Source: Planctomycetota bacterium (GTDB taxonomy: Bacteria > Planctomycetota > SZUA-567 > H5-PLA8). Taken from it: DNA of 64,000 nt. The notes under the pieces are model-generated. The model saw nothing but the letters and a program-made list of their open reading frames with translations. It did not search any database and was not told where the DNA came from. Both the position numbers and the translations under genes were made by a program. Positions within the stretch are counted from its first letter, which is position 1. Each line of letters starts with the position of its first letter. Location of the stretch: assembly GCA_045863855.1 (NCBI GenBank), contig BTVV01000011.1:1-64000 (forward strand). The letters are read 5' to 3'. Shown piece after piece: positions 37,585-46,810 of the stretch.

Positions 37585-37777
37585 GGCAAACATCAAACAC
37601 CCAACGGCAAGAACCAAACTAACTTCATACTTCAAACGGAAAATGGAATAAGGGCAGATACGGTCTGCCTAAGGCGCCGCTAGGAGGCCCGCGCGCGCGC
37701 GAAGCGCGCTCCTAGTGTTTGTCGTTTGGCCTTTTCCGTTTATCCGTTTGTTTGGTTCTTGTGGTTGGTCGTTTGCC
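37585..37777. repeat. Heptamer-periodic foldback element between convergent genes
   Basis: A/C-rich arm (GGCAAAC..CAAGAACCAAAC..AAACGGAAAA) and inverted G/T-rich arm (TTTTCCGTTT..GTTTGGTTCTTG..GTTTGCC); inner CTAGGAG/CTCCTAG. Confidence 0.7.
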
Positions 37778-37796
37778 TTCCGAAAAGCGAATGGCC

Positions 37797-38252
37797 CTAC
37801 GCTGCTTTACTGGCTTGCTCCGCCTGGCGCTTGCGGCTCCAGTAACCGCTGAAGATGCGGTCGACAGAGAGCGGCCCCGCGCCGCGCAGCAGCAGACAAA
37901 ACGCCATACAAAACAGGGCGATCTGGAACTCGTTGCCTTTGAAGCCATCCTTCCAGTGAACCATGGTGATAGCCACGAACATCACGGCCATGATGCCCAG
38001 CGCGGAGATCCGGGTCAGGAAGCCCAAGGCGATCCCGATTCCTCCGCCGAATTCGGCCAGCGCGGCGAGGAAAGCCAGCACGCCGGGCATCGGCATGCCC
38101 ATCTTTTCCAGGTTGCCGGCAAAGCCTTCGAGCCCGCCGAACATTTTGGGGTAGCCGTGGACAATGAAAGTGGCCGCCAGCGACGCGCGCAGGGGCAGGT
38201 CGGACCATTCCAGCACCAGCCGCCGCCAGCCGGTCAGATTCGTATCGCTCAT
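37797..38252 (-). CDS. DoxX family membrane protein
   Basis: FIVHGYPK, AEFGGG, GFLTR, GAGPLSVD. Confidence 0.9.
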   Translation of the reverse strand: MSDTNLTGWRRLVLEWSDLPLRASLAATFIVHGYPKMFGGLEGFAGNLEKMGMPMPGVLAFLAALAEFGGGIGIALGFLTRISALGIMAVMFVAITMVHWKDGFKGNEFQIALFCMAFCLLLRGAGPLSVDRIFSGYWSRKRQAEQASKAA

Positions 38253-38277
38253 GGGATGCTCCTCGTTTGAAAAGCGT

Positions 38278-38799
38278 TCAAAGCCATTGCAACTGGAGCA
38301 ATGCGCTCAACGTTTTGGCGTCGCAGATTCTGCCCTTCCGTACCGCTTGTTTGACTTGGGCCGGCGTGAGCGCGACGGGCGTGATGTGTTCGTCTTCGTC
38401 CTGTTCGGCGTGCTTGGGGTAGAGATCCCAGGCTTTGTAGAGCAGGATCTTTTCGCTGCAGAATCCGGGCGCGGTGTAGACGGCGCCGAGCTTGCGCCAG
38501 CTTTCGGCGGCAAAGCCCGTCTCTTCGGCCAGTTCGCGCTTGGCGCAGAGCAGCGGGCTCTCGCCGGCTTCGCGCGTCCCGGCCGGGATTTCGAGGAGGA
38601 ACCGTTCGACGGCCGGGCGGAACTGCCGGATCATCAGGATGCGCCCGTCTTCGTCGAAGGGGACGATCGCGACGGCGCCGGGGTGGACGATGGTCTGGCG
38701 TTCGAAGGTGCGCCCGTCGGGACCGCGCCAAGTTTCGGTATCGAGGGTGAAGACGCGCGCGCGATGCAGGGTTTTGCGTTTGAGCCGTCGAAAAGTCAT
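38278..38799 (-). CDS. NUDIX hydrolase (ADP-ribose pyrophosphatase-like)
   Basis: HPGAV, QFRP, EIPAG, AKRELAEETG Nudix box, ICDAKT. Confidence 0.9.
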   Translation of the reverse strand: MTFRRLKRKTLHRARVFTLDTETWRGPDGRTFERQTIVHPGAVAIVPFDEDGRILMIRQFRPAVERFLLEIPAGTREAGESPLLCAKRELAEETGFAAESWRKLGAVYTAPGFCSEKILLYKAWDLYPKHAEQDEDEHITPVALTPAQVKQAVRKGRICDAKTLSALLQLQWL

Positions 38800-38935
38800 C
38801 TCGTTCTCCCGGTTGAAAGCGCATTCAGCTTAGCGTTCTTTCGCCGCCCGGCAGAGAATTTCCGTTGACCGTTTACGCGGCCCTGTAGAATTCCCCCTTT
38901 CGCCCGCCGCGCCCGTTTCGTGGAGCCGCACCCCC

Positions 38936-39946
38936 GTGTTCACCAGCGTCTACCAATACGCGGACGGCACGTTGAAGCAGAACCTCAGCGAAGAGGAATT
39001 GCGCGGCGTGGTCCGCGACGGCACGGGCATGTTGTGGCTGGATATCTTCAAGCCCAACGCCGACGAAATCTTCATGCTCGACGAGGTCTTCGGCTTCCAC
39101 CCGCTGGCCATCGAAGACTGCCAGCACGCCAGCGCCTACCCTAAGTTGGACGACTTCGGCAACCACCTCTTCATCGTCTTCCTGGTGCCCAATCCGCGCT
39201 TCGATCCGCTGAAGCCGCGCCCCGAAGGCGAGACGCCGGCTGAGACCGAAGAGCCCGTAGAGGAACTGGATATCTTCCTCGGCAAGAACTACGCGGTCAC
39301 GATCCACCGCACGCCGCTGCCGTTCTTGCAGACGCTGGCCGAGCGCGCCAAGCGCAACCCCAAGGCAAGCCTGGAACGCGGCAGCGCGTTTTTGGTGCAC
39401 GACATCATGGACGCCGCCGTCGACCAGTTCTTCGTGATGGTCGAAAAGCTGCAGAAGCAGGCGGAGGGGCTGGAGCAGCACTTGCAGTCGGACAGCGACG
39501 ACGAGTTGCAGCTTTCGAGCGCGTTCGACTTGAAGCGGGAAGTGCTTAATCTGCGCCGCCAGATGAGCGACCACCGCGAACTGATCCTGCGCCTGCTGCG
39601 CGGGCGCAACCCGATCGTGAAGAAGAAAGCGGTGATCTATTTCCGTAACATTCTCGACCATCTGAACCGGATCGTCGACGATCTGAATATCTGCATCGAT
39701 ACGCTCAACAGCGCCCGCGACGTGCACCTGGCCATGGCCAACATGCGCACCAATCAGGTGGTCAAGGTGCTGACCGTCGTCTTCACGCTTTCGCTGCCTT
39801 TCACGATTGCAACGAGCTGGTACGGGATGAATTTCAAGAGCCTCCCGCTGGACGATCATCCGGCGGGGCCGCTGGTGTTGAGCGTTGCGACGACCGTTTT
39901 CGCGGGGCTGTTGTACTACTGGCTGCGCAAGCGCCGGTTCCTCTAA
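38936..39946 (+). CDS. corA: Magnesium/cobalt transporter CorA
   Basis: FGFHPLAIED, YGMNF signature, two C-terminal TMs. Confidence 0.92.
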   Translation: MFTSVYQYADGTLKQNLSEEELRGVVRDGTGMLWLDIFKPNADEIFMLDEVFGFHPLAIEDCQHASAYPKLDDFGNHLFIVFLVPNPRFDPLKPRPEGETPAETEEPVEELDIFLGKNYAVTIHRTPLPFLQTLAERAKRNPKASLERGSAFLVHDIMDAAVDQFFVMVEKLQKQAEGLEQHLQSDSDDELQLSSAFDLKREVLNLRRQMSDHRELILRLLRGRNPIVKKKAVIYFRNILDHLNRIVDDLNICIDTLNSARDVHLAMANMRTNQVVKVLTVVFTLSLPFTIATSWYGMNFKSLPLDDHPAGPLVLSVATTVFAGLLYYWLRKRRFL

Positions 39947-39958
39947 GCACCGCCAACG

Positions 39959-39990
39959 AAAAGGGCCGAAGCGTTTCCGCTTCGGCCCTT
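39959..39990. terminator. Intrinsic terminator between convergent genes
   Basis: AAGGGCCGAAGCG-TTTC-CGCTTCGGCCCTT. Confidence 0.8.
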
Positions 39991-40015
39991 GCGTCTGTCC
40001 GGACCGGAACCGAGC

Positions 40016-40957
40016 TTAGAATCCGAAGCCCACACCCACCGAGAAGCCCGAGCGGCGGCCCCAGTGGTGGTATCCGAATCCGACCCGGTTGTACGGGTAG
40101 CAGTGCCCGTGTCCGTAATAGCTCGGGTAGCCGTAGTAATGATAGGGCGAGACGTACACCGGCGCGCTGACGTCGCGGTAAATCACCGTACTGGGCTCGA
40201 CCACCCGCTCGACCACGCGTTCGGTGACGCGCTCTTCCTTGGGCGGCACGTACTCGTAGCGCGCCGCGGCCGCGCTGGGCTGCTCGCTCGCCGAAGCCCG
40301 CCGCGTCTCGCGCAGCGTCGCCAGCTTCCCGCCGCCGCGCCGTTCACCGCCTTCGAAAACGCTCACGTACAACCCTTCGTATTCCGCCGTCTCCACGCGG
40401 CTGACCAGCAGCAGCGCCTTCTTGCCTTCGCGGATCGTCACGCTCTGCCCCGCGCCTTCGCCGGCGTAGCGGACCTCGTACGTGCCCGTCGGCGCCGCGA
40501 TGCTCACCCCGCCGTGCGCGCGCACCACCGTATCCGCGCCGCCCGCCGGGCTCAGCCAGATCGTCCGGCTGTCGGCGTCGAGTTTGTAGCCCCACGTCTT
40601 GTCGTCGACGTTCTCGAGGTTCAACGTGCCCGTCCCCGCCGCCGGAGCTTCCTGGGCGGGTGCGACGACCAGTTCCTGCGCCGGAGCCGGTGCTTCCGCC
40701 GCTGCGCCGCCGGCCTTGTTCTTCAGCATCGCCGCGATCACGTTCTGCGGCACGCCGGCTTCCTTGAGCTTGATGATCTGGTCGGCGGTGAGCGTGTAGC
40801 CTTGCTTGGTCCGTTCCACCGCGGCCATCAGAACTTCCTCGCCCAAGCCCCGGTTCGCGAGTTCGACGATCTCGTCAACGGTCTCGGCTTGCACTCCGCC
40901 GGCCGTAGCCAACAGAACCAGTAATCCGGTCAGGCCCCAACTCATGTGCGTTTTCAT
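40016..40957 (-). CDS. Secreted hypothetical protein with aromatic/Gly/His-rich C-terminal tail
   Basis: Signal peptide; TVDEIVEL..LTADQIIKLKEAGV helical pair; tail YHYYGYPSYYGHGH..GFSVGVGFGF. Confidence 0.75.
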   Translation of the reverse strand: MKTHMSWGLTGLLVLLATAGGVQAETVDEIVELANRGLGEEVLMAAVERTKQGYTLTADQIIKLKEAGVPQNVIAAMLKNKAGGAAAEAPAPAQELVVAPAQEAPAAGTGTLNLENVDDKTWGYKLDADSRTIWLSPAGGADTVVRAHGGVSIAAPTGTYEVRYAGEGAGQSVTIREGKKALLLVSRVETAEYEGLYVSVFEGGERRGGGKLATLRETRRASASEQPSAAAARYEYVPPKEERVTERVVERVVEPSTVIYRDVSAPVYVSPYHYYGYPSYYGHGHCYPYNRVGFGYHHWGRRSGFSVGVGFGF

Positions 40958-41130
40958 GTTGCCCTCCCTCTTCACCAAGCCCCCGAACGCCAAGGATATA
41001 ATAAACCCCTAAGCGGCGAGGTCAACCCGTACCTGTCCCCATATGTAGACGCACCTCGCACCCGAGCATTCGAAATTATGTACTCCCGGAAGCGCTGTCG
41101 AGGGTTCCATCGACTATAGTCAGGGGACTT

Positions 41131-42519
41131 ATGGAAACGAACCCAGCCAACGCCGGCGAACCGACCACGGCCGACACCGCTGCAACGCGGACCTGGATCG
41201 GCGCGTTCGCCGTTTTGCTGGCGTTGGGCGCGTTCATAACGGTACTGGCATGGCTGGAACCCGCGCCGCTTCCGCCGTCCGCATCCCCACCGGCGGCGCC
41301 GGCGCCAATCCAGCGCGAACCGGCTGCCCCCGCTGCGCTGCCCAAGGGCGTCACGCTGTGGCCGCCCGGAAACCTGGACGAAGACGACGCGTGGACCGGC
41401 CGCTTGGAGCGGCTCGAAGGGAACCTAGCGATCCTGACGGTGCGCGGGACGCCGAAATTTCGCGGCGCGGCGCACGGGCACCTGTTGCGCGCGGAGGTCC
41501 AGCGGCTGGTGGCGGGCGTGCGCGATTTCGTGCGCCCGCATGCCGAGAAGGACGCCGCGAAATACCGGCAGGCGCTGGCCGGCGCGCGGACGATGGGCCG
41601 CTTTCTCGACGCCGACGTGATGGACGAACTGCGCGCTTGCGCCGAGGCCGCCGAAGTGGACGCCGACGAACTGCTCCTGGCGCAGTTGTTCGGTGACGTG
41701 AACCGCGCGGAAGGTTTCGCGAGCTTCTGCTCTTCGTTCGCGGCCTTCGGGCCGGCGACGAAAGACGGGAACCTGATCGTCGGACGTAACTTCGATTACG
41801 CCGGGCACGGGCTGGAGAAGGGCCTGCCGCTGATTCTACAGGAGCTGCCTTCCAGCGAGGCCGAAGGGCGGCCGTTCGTGACGATCGGGTACGCGGGCAT
41901 TCTGAACGGCTGGACGGCCATGAACGACGCGGGGCTGTGCGCGTCGAACAACACGCTCTTCGGCGGCGTCGATTCGCTGGAAGGGATCAGCACATGCTTC
42001 CTGTTGCGCAAGATCGTGCAGCGCACGGGCACGGTCGAAGAAGCGGTCCGCTTGGTCGAGTCGTCAGCGCGCGCGTGCACGACGGGGATGCTGGTGGCCG
42101 GCAAGAACGCGGCCGGCGCATGGGACGCGCGGTTCGTGGAGTTCGATCACAAAGCGGTTGTCGTCGTGGAACCCGTGGGCGGCCGACTGCTCTCGACGAA
42201 CACGCGCCAGAAGCTCACCTTCGATGGCCTCGCACCGCCGCGCGGCGAGCCGGGGTGCACGCGTTGGTTGACGCTGAAATCCGAGTTGGAACGCTTCAAG
42301 GGCACGCTTCGCTTCGACGAACTCGCGCATAACGCCATCGCACGCAGCGGGGTGTACATGTCGATCAACCTGCACAGCGCGCTGCTCGATCCGAGCGTCG
42401 GGGCGCAACGCTTCCGGCTGGCGGTAGAACAAGGGGACGGCAAGCCCGCGGCCGAACAGCGCTGGCGCGTCTTCAGAATCGAGCCCAAGCGCGTGGTGGA
42501 AGTCGTCGATGGGCGCTGA
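41131..42519 (+). CDS. Membrane-anchored C45-family Ntn hydrolase / acyltransferase
   Basis: RGAAHG, nucleophile-like CSSFAAFG..GRNFDY, AMNDAGL. Confidence 0.8.
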   Translation: METNPANAGEPTTADTAATRTWIGAFAVLLALGAFITVLAWLEPAPLPPSASPPAAPAPIQREPAAPAALPKGVTLWPPGNLDEDDAWTGRLERLEGNLAILTVRGTPKFRGAAHGHLLRAEVQRLVAGVRDFVRPHAEKDAAKYRQALAGARTMGRFLDADVMDELRACAEAAEVDADELLLAQLFGDVNRAEGFASFCSSFAAFGPATKDGNLIVGRNFDYAGHGLEKGLPLILQELPSSEAEGRPFVTIGYAGILNGWTAMNDAGLCASNNTLFGGVDSLEGISTCFLLRKIVQRTGTVEEAVRLVESSARACTTGMLVAGKNAAGAWDARFVEFDHKAVVVVEPVGGRLLSTNTRQKLTFDGLAPPRGEPGCTRWLTLKSELERFKGTLRFDELAHNAIARSGVYMSINLHSALLDPSVGAQRFRLAVEQGDGKPAAEQRWRVFRIEPKRVVEVVDGR

Positions 42520-44050
42520 GCGCGTGCTTATCGCAATCTGGATCTGCGCAGCCTGTGTATTCGCTGCGGAAGACAATCCACCGCTTCCGGAAGCATTAGC
42601 GTTTACGTTACCCCAAACCGGATTGGCCGGCGCCGTCGGCGGACTCATCGATTCAAGCGGTAAGGTGTGGGGCTGGAAGCTGCGATCTTACGAACCTTTC
42701 TACCACGCGGAAATCTGGACGGTACCCAATCGCGCGAGCCTGGAGGCCGCGATTGCGGCTGAGAAGCCGACGCTCGCGCTCGGCGCGGAGTTGCTTCACG
42801 CCGATGGGAAGCGCAGCGTCTGGCGCGTGCGCGAGGGCGAGCAGGTCTGGCTCTACGACGGCGCGAAGTGGACGGAACAGGACGCACCGGAGACGCCGTT
42901 TGACGGAAGCTTTTCGATGTTGGGCGGCGCGAACCCGGCGCTGGGCACCCCCACCGGAATTTATCTTTGGCAAGGCGATACAGGCTGGCAATTCCAGCGC
43001 TTGTTGCATGCGAAGGACGGCATGCCGGGGCGGTTGGAGTTCGTATGCGATCAGGCCGGGCGGTGGTACGCCTACTATCCGCGCGCGGGGTCGCTGTGGG
43101 CGTTGGATCGATTGCATGTTCACAGAGCCGCACCGGAGAATCAGGCGGAGGCGGCGGAACGCGGCACGTTCGATCTATTCGAGCTTCGCGAGATTCCCGT
43201 GCTCGACTCGGCCGCGCATAGCGGAATCGGCTGGGTGGTGCCGGATGCCGCAGGTACGCGTGAGCGCCCGCAGCTCTTGGCGGGCTCGATTTTGCTGACG
43301 GCCGAGCAACTGCGTTTCGACCGCCGCCCGTTTCCGGCCGAAGGCGTAAAAGTTTTGGGGCAACTTGCTTCGGAGCAGTACGCCGAGCGCGAGGCCGCGC
43401 TGGCGGCGTTCAAGCGCGACGGCACGGACGGGCTCTGGCGCTTAAGCAGGCTTCTGGTCGAAGCGAAGCTGGACGGGCTCGACGATGCGACGCGCAGCCT
43501 GTATCGGGATCTGATCCTCGACCGGGTCTACCGCTTCGAGCCTGGAAGATCGCTCGAATACGCGCGGCAACTGATCGCGCTGAAGTTGCTCCCCGCCGAC
43601 TGGCTGAGCCGCCCGCAAGCCGGGGAGTACCGCCGGATCTGGCGCGCGCTGGAGGATAACGGGCATCTGGACCGCGTGGCGCGCGTGGGGCTGGAACGGA
43701 ACTACCGCGAAGCGCACGCGATGGTCAACTCGCAGCGGACGCTGCAGCACAATCCGAATCTGCTTCCCTTTCCCATCGGCGGGCGGGCCGATCACCACTT
43801 CGAGTGCGAGCAGTTCGACGCCTGGCAGGCGCTCGGCGAGTACCATGGGCACTGGTTCGACGAACGCCGCAAAGAAGTTTGGTTGGCGATGGGTTCGGCC
43901 GGCGTTTGGCGGGTGACGACGAAGTCGGCCGAGGCACGCGTCGTGGCGCTCAACACCTGGAATGTCAGTAAGGTGCTTGGACGTGACCGCGACGGGCAGC
44001 TCTGGATTCGAGGCGTGGACGGCTTGGTTGGAATAACCACAGAGCCCTGA
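42509..44050 (+). CDS. Secreted hypothetical protein
   Basis: Signal peptide; Trp-rich beta segments; LASEQYAEREAA helical motif; overlaps upstream gene by 11 nt. Confidence 0.6.
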   Translation: MGAERVLIAIWICAACVFAAEDNPPLPEALAFTLPQTGLAGAVGGLIDSSGKVWGWKLRSYEPFYHAEIWTVPNRASLEAAIAAEKPTLALGAELLHADGKRSVWRVREGEQVWLYDGAKWTEQDAPETPFDGSFSMLGGANPALGTPTGIYLWQGDTGWQFQRLLHAKDGMPGRLEFVCDQAGRWYAYYPRAGSLWALDRLHVHRAAPENQAEAAERGTFDLFELREIPVLDSAAHSGIGWVVPDAAGTRERPQLLAGSILLTAEQLRFDRRPFPAEGVKVLGQLASEQYAEREAALAAFKRDGTDGLWRLSRLLVEAKLDGLDDATRSLYRDLILDRVYRFEPGRSLEYARQLIALKLLPADWLSRPQAGEYRRIWRALEDNGHLDRVARVGLERNYREAHAMVNSQRTLQHNPNLLPFPIGGRADHHFECEQFDAWQALGEYHGHWFDERRKEVWLAMGSAGVWRVTTKSAEARVVALNTWNVSKVLGRDRDGQLWIRGVDGLVGITTEP

Positions 44051-44116
44051 ACGGTCGTTCTTCGCACCGCAATTGCACCGTGCACGATCCAATTGTGCAT
44101 CAATTTTTCAGAATCC

Positions 44117-44146
44117 TGAAACTTTAGACCCCGCTCCGGCAGCTAT
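44117..44146 (+). promoter_or_regulatory. Possible ECF-type autoregulatory promoter
   Basis: TGAAAC followed about 19 nt later by GCTAT, upstream of the ECF sigma gene. Confidence 0.25.
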
Positions 44147-44189
44147 GCTGTGGAGAGGTTGTTCGGTGGGTTCCCCCCGGAGGCTGGGT

Positions 44190-44777
44190 GTGCAGACCAC
44201 GTCGCTGTTGATCGAAGCCCTGGAAGAGCTGCGCAAAAACCCGCGCGAGTCGCGGGAGCTGCACTTCTGGGCGCTGGTCGAGCGTTTCCGCGCCGATCTG
44301 GTCAACCAGGCTTATACGTACGTGGGGAACGTGAGCGACGCGGAGGACATCGCGCAGGAGTCTCTGTGCGTGGCCTTCCGGCGTCTGCCGGAGTTGCGCG
44401 AGCCGTCGAAGCTCGGGAACTGGTTGCGTTCGATCAACCGGCTTCACGCGCTGGAAGCGCAGCGCCAGCGGGCGCGCAAACGCGAAGTCCGTCCGGCGAC
44501 GGCGGAGTACGAATCGCTGGCCGAACCCAGCGCTTCGCCCGACGGAGCCGACCGGCTGGACCGCGTCGCGAAGATCGTCGACGGCCTGCCCGACCTGTAC
44601 CGCGAAGTGCTGGTGCTGCGGTACTGGGAACGCCTCTCCTATGCCGAGATCGCCGCGCATCTCGGGGTGCCGCTCAACACCATCAAGACGCGCCTCGCGC
44701 GCGCCGACGAGATGTTGATGCGGAAACTCACTCCCGAACTGGGCGCGGCCGAACCGCAAGGAGCGCGCGCGCCATGA
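44190..44777 (+). CDS. ECF sigma factor
   Basis: DAEDIAQE..NWL region 2; LPDLYREVLVLRY..LSYAEIA..TIKTRLARA region 4. Confidence 0.9.
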   Translation: MQTTSLLIEALEELRKNPRESRELHFWALVERFRADLVNQAYTYVGNVSDAEDIAQESLCVAFRRLPELREPSKLGNWLRSINRLHALEAQRQRARKREVRPATAEYESLAEPSASPDGADRLDRVAKIVDGLPDLYREVLVLRYWERLSYAEIAAHLGVPLNTIKTRLARADEMLMRKLTPELGAAEPQGARAP

Positions 44778-46201
44778 CGAACCTGAAGCTGAGTTGCGAA
44801 GACGCCGTCGCCGATTTCCGGCTTTACGCGGAAGGAGAATTGGAAGCCTCCGCCGCGGCTGCGGTGAAAGATCACCTGGCCAACTGCCCGGATTGCTGCG
44901 TCGAGTTCCACGCGCGCAAGAAGCTGTACACGTTCGTGGCCGAATCGTACGGCGCGCGGCGGATCAGCGACGGCTTCTCGCGCCAGGCCGACCGGCGCTT
45001 GCAGCAGGCGGGCATGGCCGGAGCCGTGCTGGCCGTGCCGGCGCTGGCCGCTCGGGAAGCCGTGGCGACGCCCGTGCGCCGCGCATCGGCGCGTTCCCGG
45101 CCGGCGGAAGCGCAAGCCGAGCCGGACTCGGACGCATACGCGCCCCTCACGGAGCAGGAAGCCAAAGATCATCGCCGCTACATGGCTTCGCTGGCCGGCC
45201 TCTTCGCCGCGTTCGGCGCGCTGCCGGCCTGGGCTGTCTCGGGGATGTTCCACGGTTTGGCGGTGACGCTCGCGGTGATCATCGGCATGACGATCCTGCG
45301 CGAGGATATCCAGGACACGGTGGTCGTCACCGACCTCGTCAAGGTCAACCCGCCCGAAGACAAGCCGGTGATGAAGCCGCAGGAGATGCTCAAGGAAGTT
45401 CAGATCGTCTCGCAGCACGACATCAAAGTGCCGATGCCCGAGGTCGTGCTGGTGACTTCGGACGACGTGGCCGACGTGACGCTGACCGAACAAGCCGAAG
45501 TCGCCGATTTCGGCGAGGCGGGCGAAGACGTTTCGTTCACGGGCGAGACAGGCGAACGCAGCGGGGTGGGGCTAGGCGAAGGCTTCCTGGGCGGCCGCAT
45601 GGGCGGCGGCGTGCCGCTCCCCGGCGGCGGGCGAGGAATGATCGGGAGCATCGGCGGCGTGCCGTTCGCCGGAAAGAAGCTCGCGCTCGTCTTCGATAAC
45701 TCCCTGAGCATGAAGTCCGTCGTCGAATTCGCCAAGCAGGCGGTCGTGGATTTCCTCAAGGAAACCAAAGGAAAAGGGACGATCGACTTCTACTGCGAGA
45801 TCAACGAAGTGCCCGCCCACAAGCTGCACATTCTGCGCGACGTCCAGCTCAAGACCAGCGCCGATGCCATCATGCCCTGGTTCGAGGCGATGCCCAAAGG
45901 CGGCAACGACACCATCGGCGAGGCGGCGAGCAGTATGTGGTGGGGTTTCAAAGCCGCAATGGACGAGTATCCCGACATGATCGTCTTCGTCACCGACTGG
46001 AAGCTGCACAGCCCCAACCGGGAGTACAACATCCAGCGCCAGACGGAGGAGATCCGCAAGCTCCTGGAGGGCTCCAAGCCCACGATGCCGAAATGCGTCT
46101 TCTTCACGCAGACTACCGGCGGCGCCCCGTTCGTCGCGATGGAGGAACTGGCCAAGCTTACCGGCGGTACGATCAAACAGATCGACGGCAAGAAAAAGTA
46201 G
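44774..46201 (+). CDS. Anti-sigma factor: zinc-binding domain + TM + vWA-like domain
   Basis: HLANCPDC; TM; LVFDNSLSM (DxSxS) and VFVTD; ATGA overlap with the sigma gene. Confidence 0.75.
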   Translation: MTNLKLSCEDAVADFRLYAEGELEASAAAAVKDHLANCPDCCVEFHARKKLYTFVAESYGARRISDGFSRQADRRLQQAGMAGAVLAVPALAAREAVATPVRRASARSRPAEAQAEPDSDAYAPLTEQEAKDHRRYMASLAGLFAAFGALPAWAVSGMFHGLAVTLAVIIGMTILREDIQDTVVVTDLVKVNPPEDKPVMKPQEMLKEVQIVSQHDIKVPMPEVVLVTSDDVADVTLTEQAEVADFGEAGEDVSFTGETGERSGVGLGEGFLGGRMGGGVPLPGGGRGMIGSIGGVPFAGKKLALVFDNSLSMKSVVEFAKQAVVDFLKETKGKGTIDFYCEINEVPAHKLHILRDVQLKTSADAIMPWFEAMPKGGNDTIGEAASSMWWGFKAAMDEYPDMIVFVTDWKLHSPNREYNIQRQTEEIRKLLEGSKPTMPKCVFFTQTTGGAPFVAMEELAKLTGGTIKQIDGKKK

Positions 46202-46208
46202 GACGGAC

Positions 46209-46658
46209 TCAGCGGGCGGGAGCCGTGGCGGTTTCGCACAAGCCGCGCGATACACCCCGGCGGCTTTCGTCCAGCAGGTCCGCGATCGAGAAGGACGCGA
46301 AGGTGTTTCGGACTTGGTCGATCGCTTCGTCGAGCCGTCTATGCAGCGGGCATAGCCCCGCATCATGTTCGGGCAGGTTCAGCGGACAGCGCGTTACGCG
46401 GCGGATCGGTTCGATCGCGTCGATTACTTCCAAGACGCTGATTTTTTCGGGCGCGCGCTGAAGCACGAAACCTCCGCGCAGTCCGCGCTGCGAATGGACC
46501 AAGCCCGCACGCCGCAAGGTCTGCAGAATCTTCGAGAGATAGCCCGCCGGGATGCGCGTGCGCTGCGCCAGATCCTGAGTCACTACCGATTCGCCGTGCC
46601 GTTCGGCCAGACTAACGATGGCGCGAAGGGCGTATTCGGAAGTTTGGGAGATCAGCAT
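46209..46658 (-). CDS. Rrf2 family transcriptional regulator
   Basis: SEYALRA, YLSKILQTL..GLVHSQRG..GG; CPL..H..LCPLH. Confidence 0.92.
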   Translation of the reverse strand: MLISQTSEYALRAIVSLAERHGESVVTQDLAQRTRIPAGYLSKILQTLRRAGLVHSQRGLRGGFVLQRAPEKISVLEVIDAIEPIRRVTRCPLNLPEHDAGLCPLHRRLDEAIDQVRNTFASFSIADLLDESRRGVSRGLCETATAPAR

Positions 46659-46810
46659 GACGCGCCCTTTCTTCTATAAAAATACCTTTAGGTGCGAATA
46701 ATCGCCACACAAAAGCAGAAAATACCATGATTATGTCCGATTGTCTGGAATGGCACGGGTTTAGCGCGAGGGTGCGTAAAGCCTTCAGGCGTTTGAAGAT
46801 CGGAAATCGA

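Noticed and set aside
37585..37777. CRISPR array or small ORF (37712-37948)
   Set aside because: Repeats are degenerate inverted heptamers without repeat-spacer structure; no cas genes; the ORF is a by-product of the repeats.
44150..44773. N-terminal extension of the anti-sigma ORF
   Set aside because: Overlaps the ECF sigma gene in another frame; the ATGA coupling at 44774 is the natural start.
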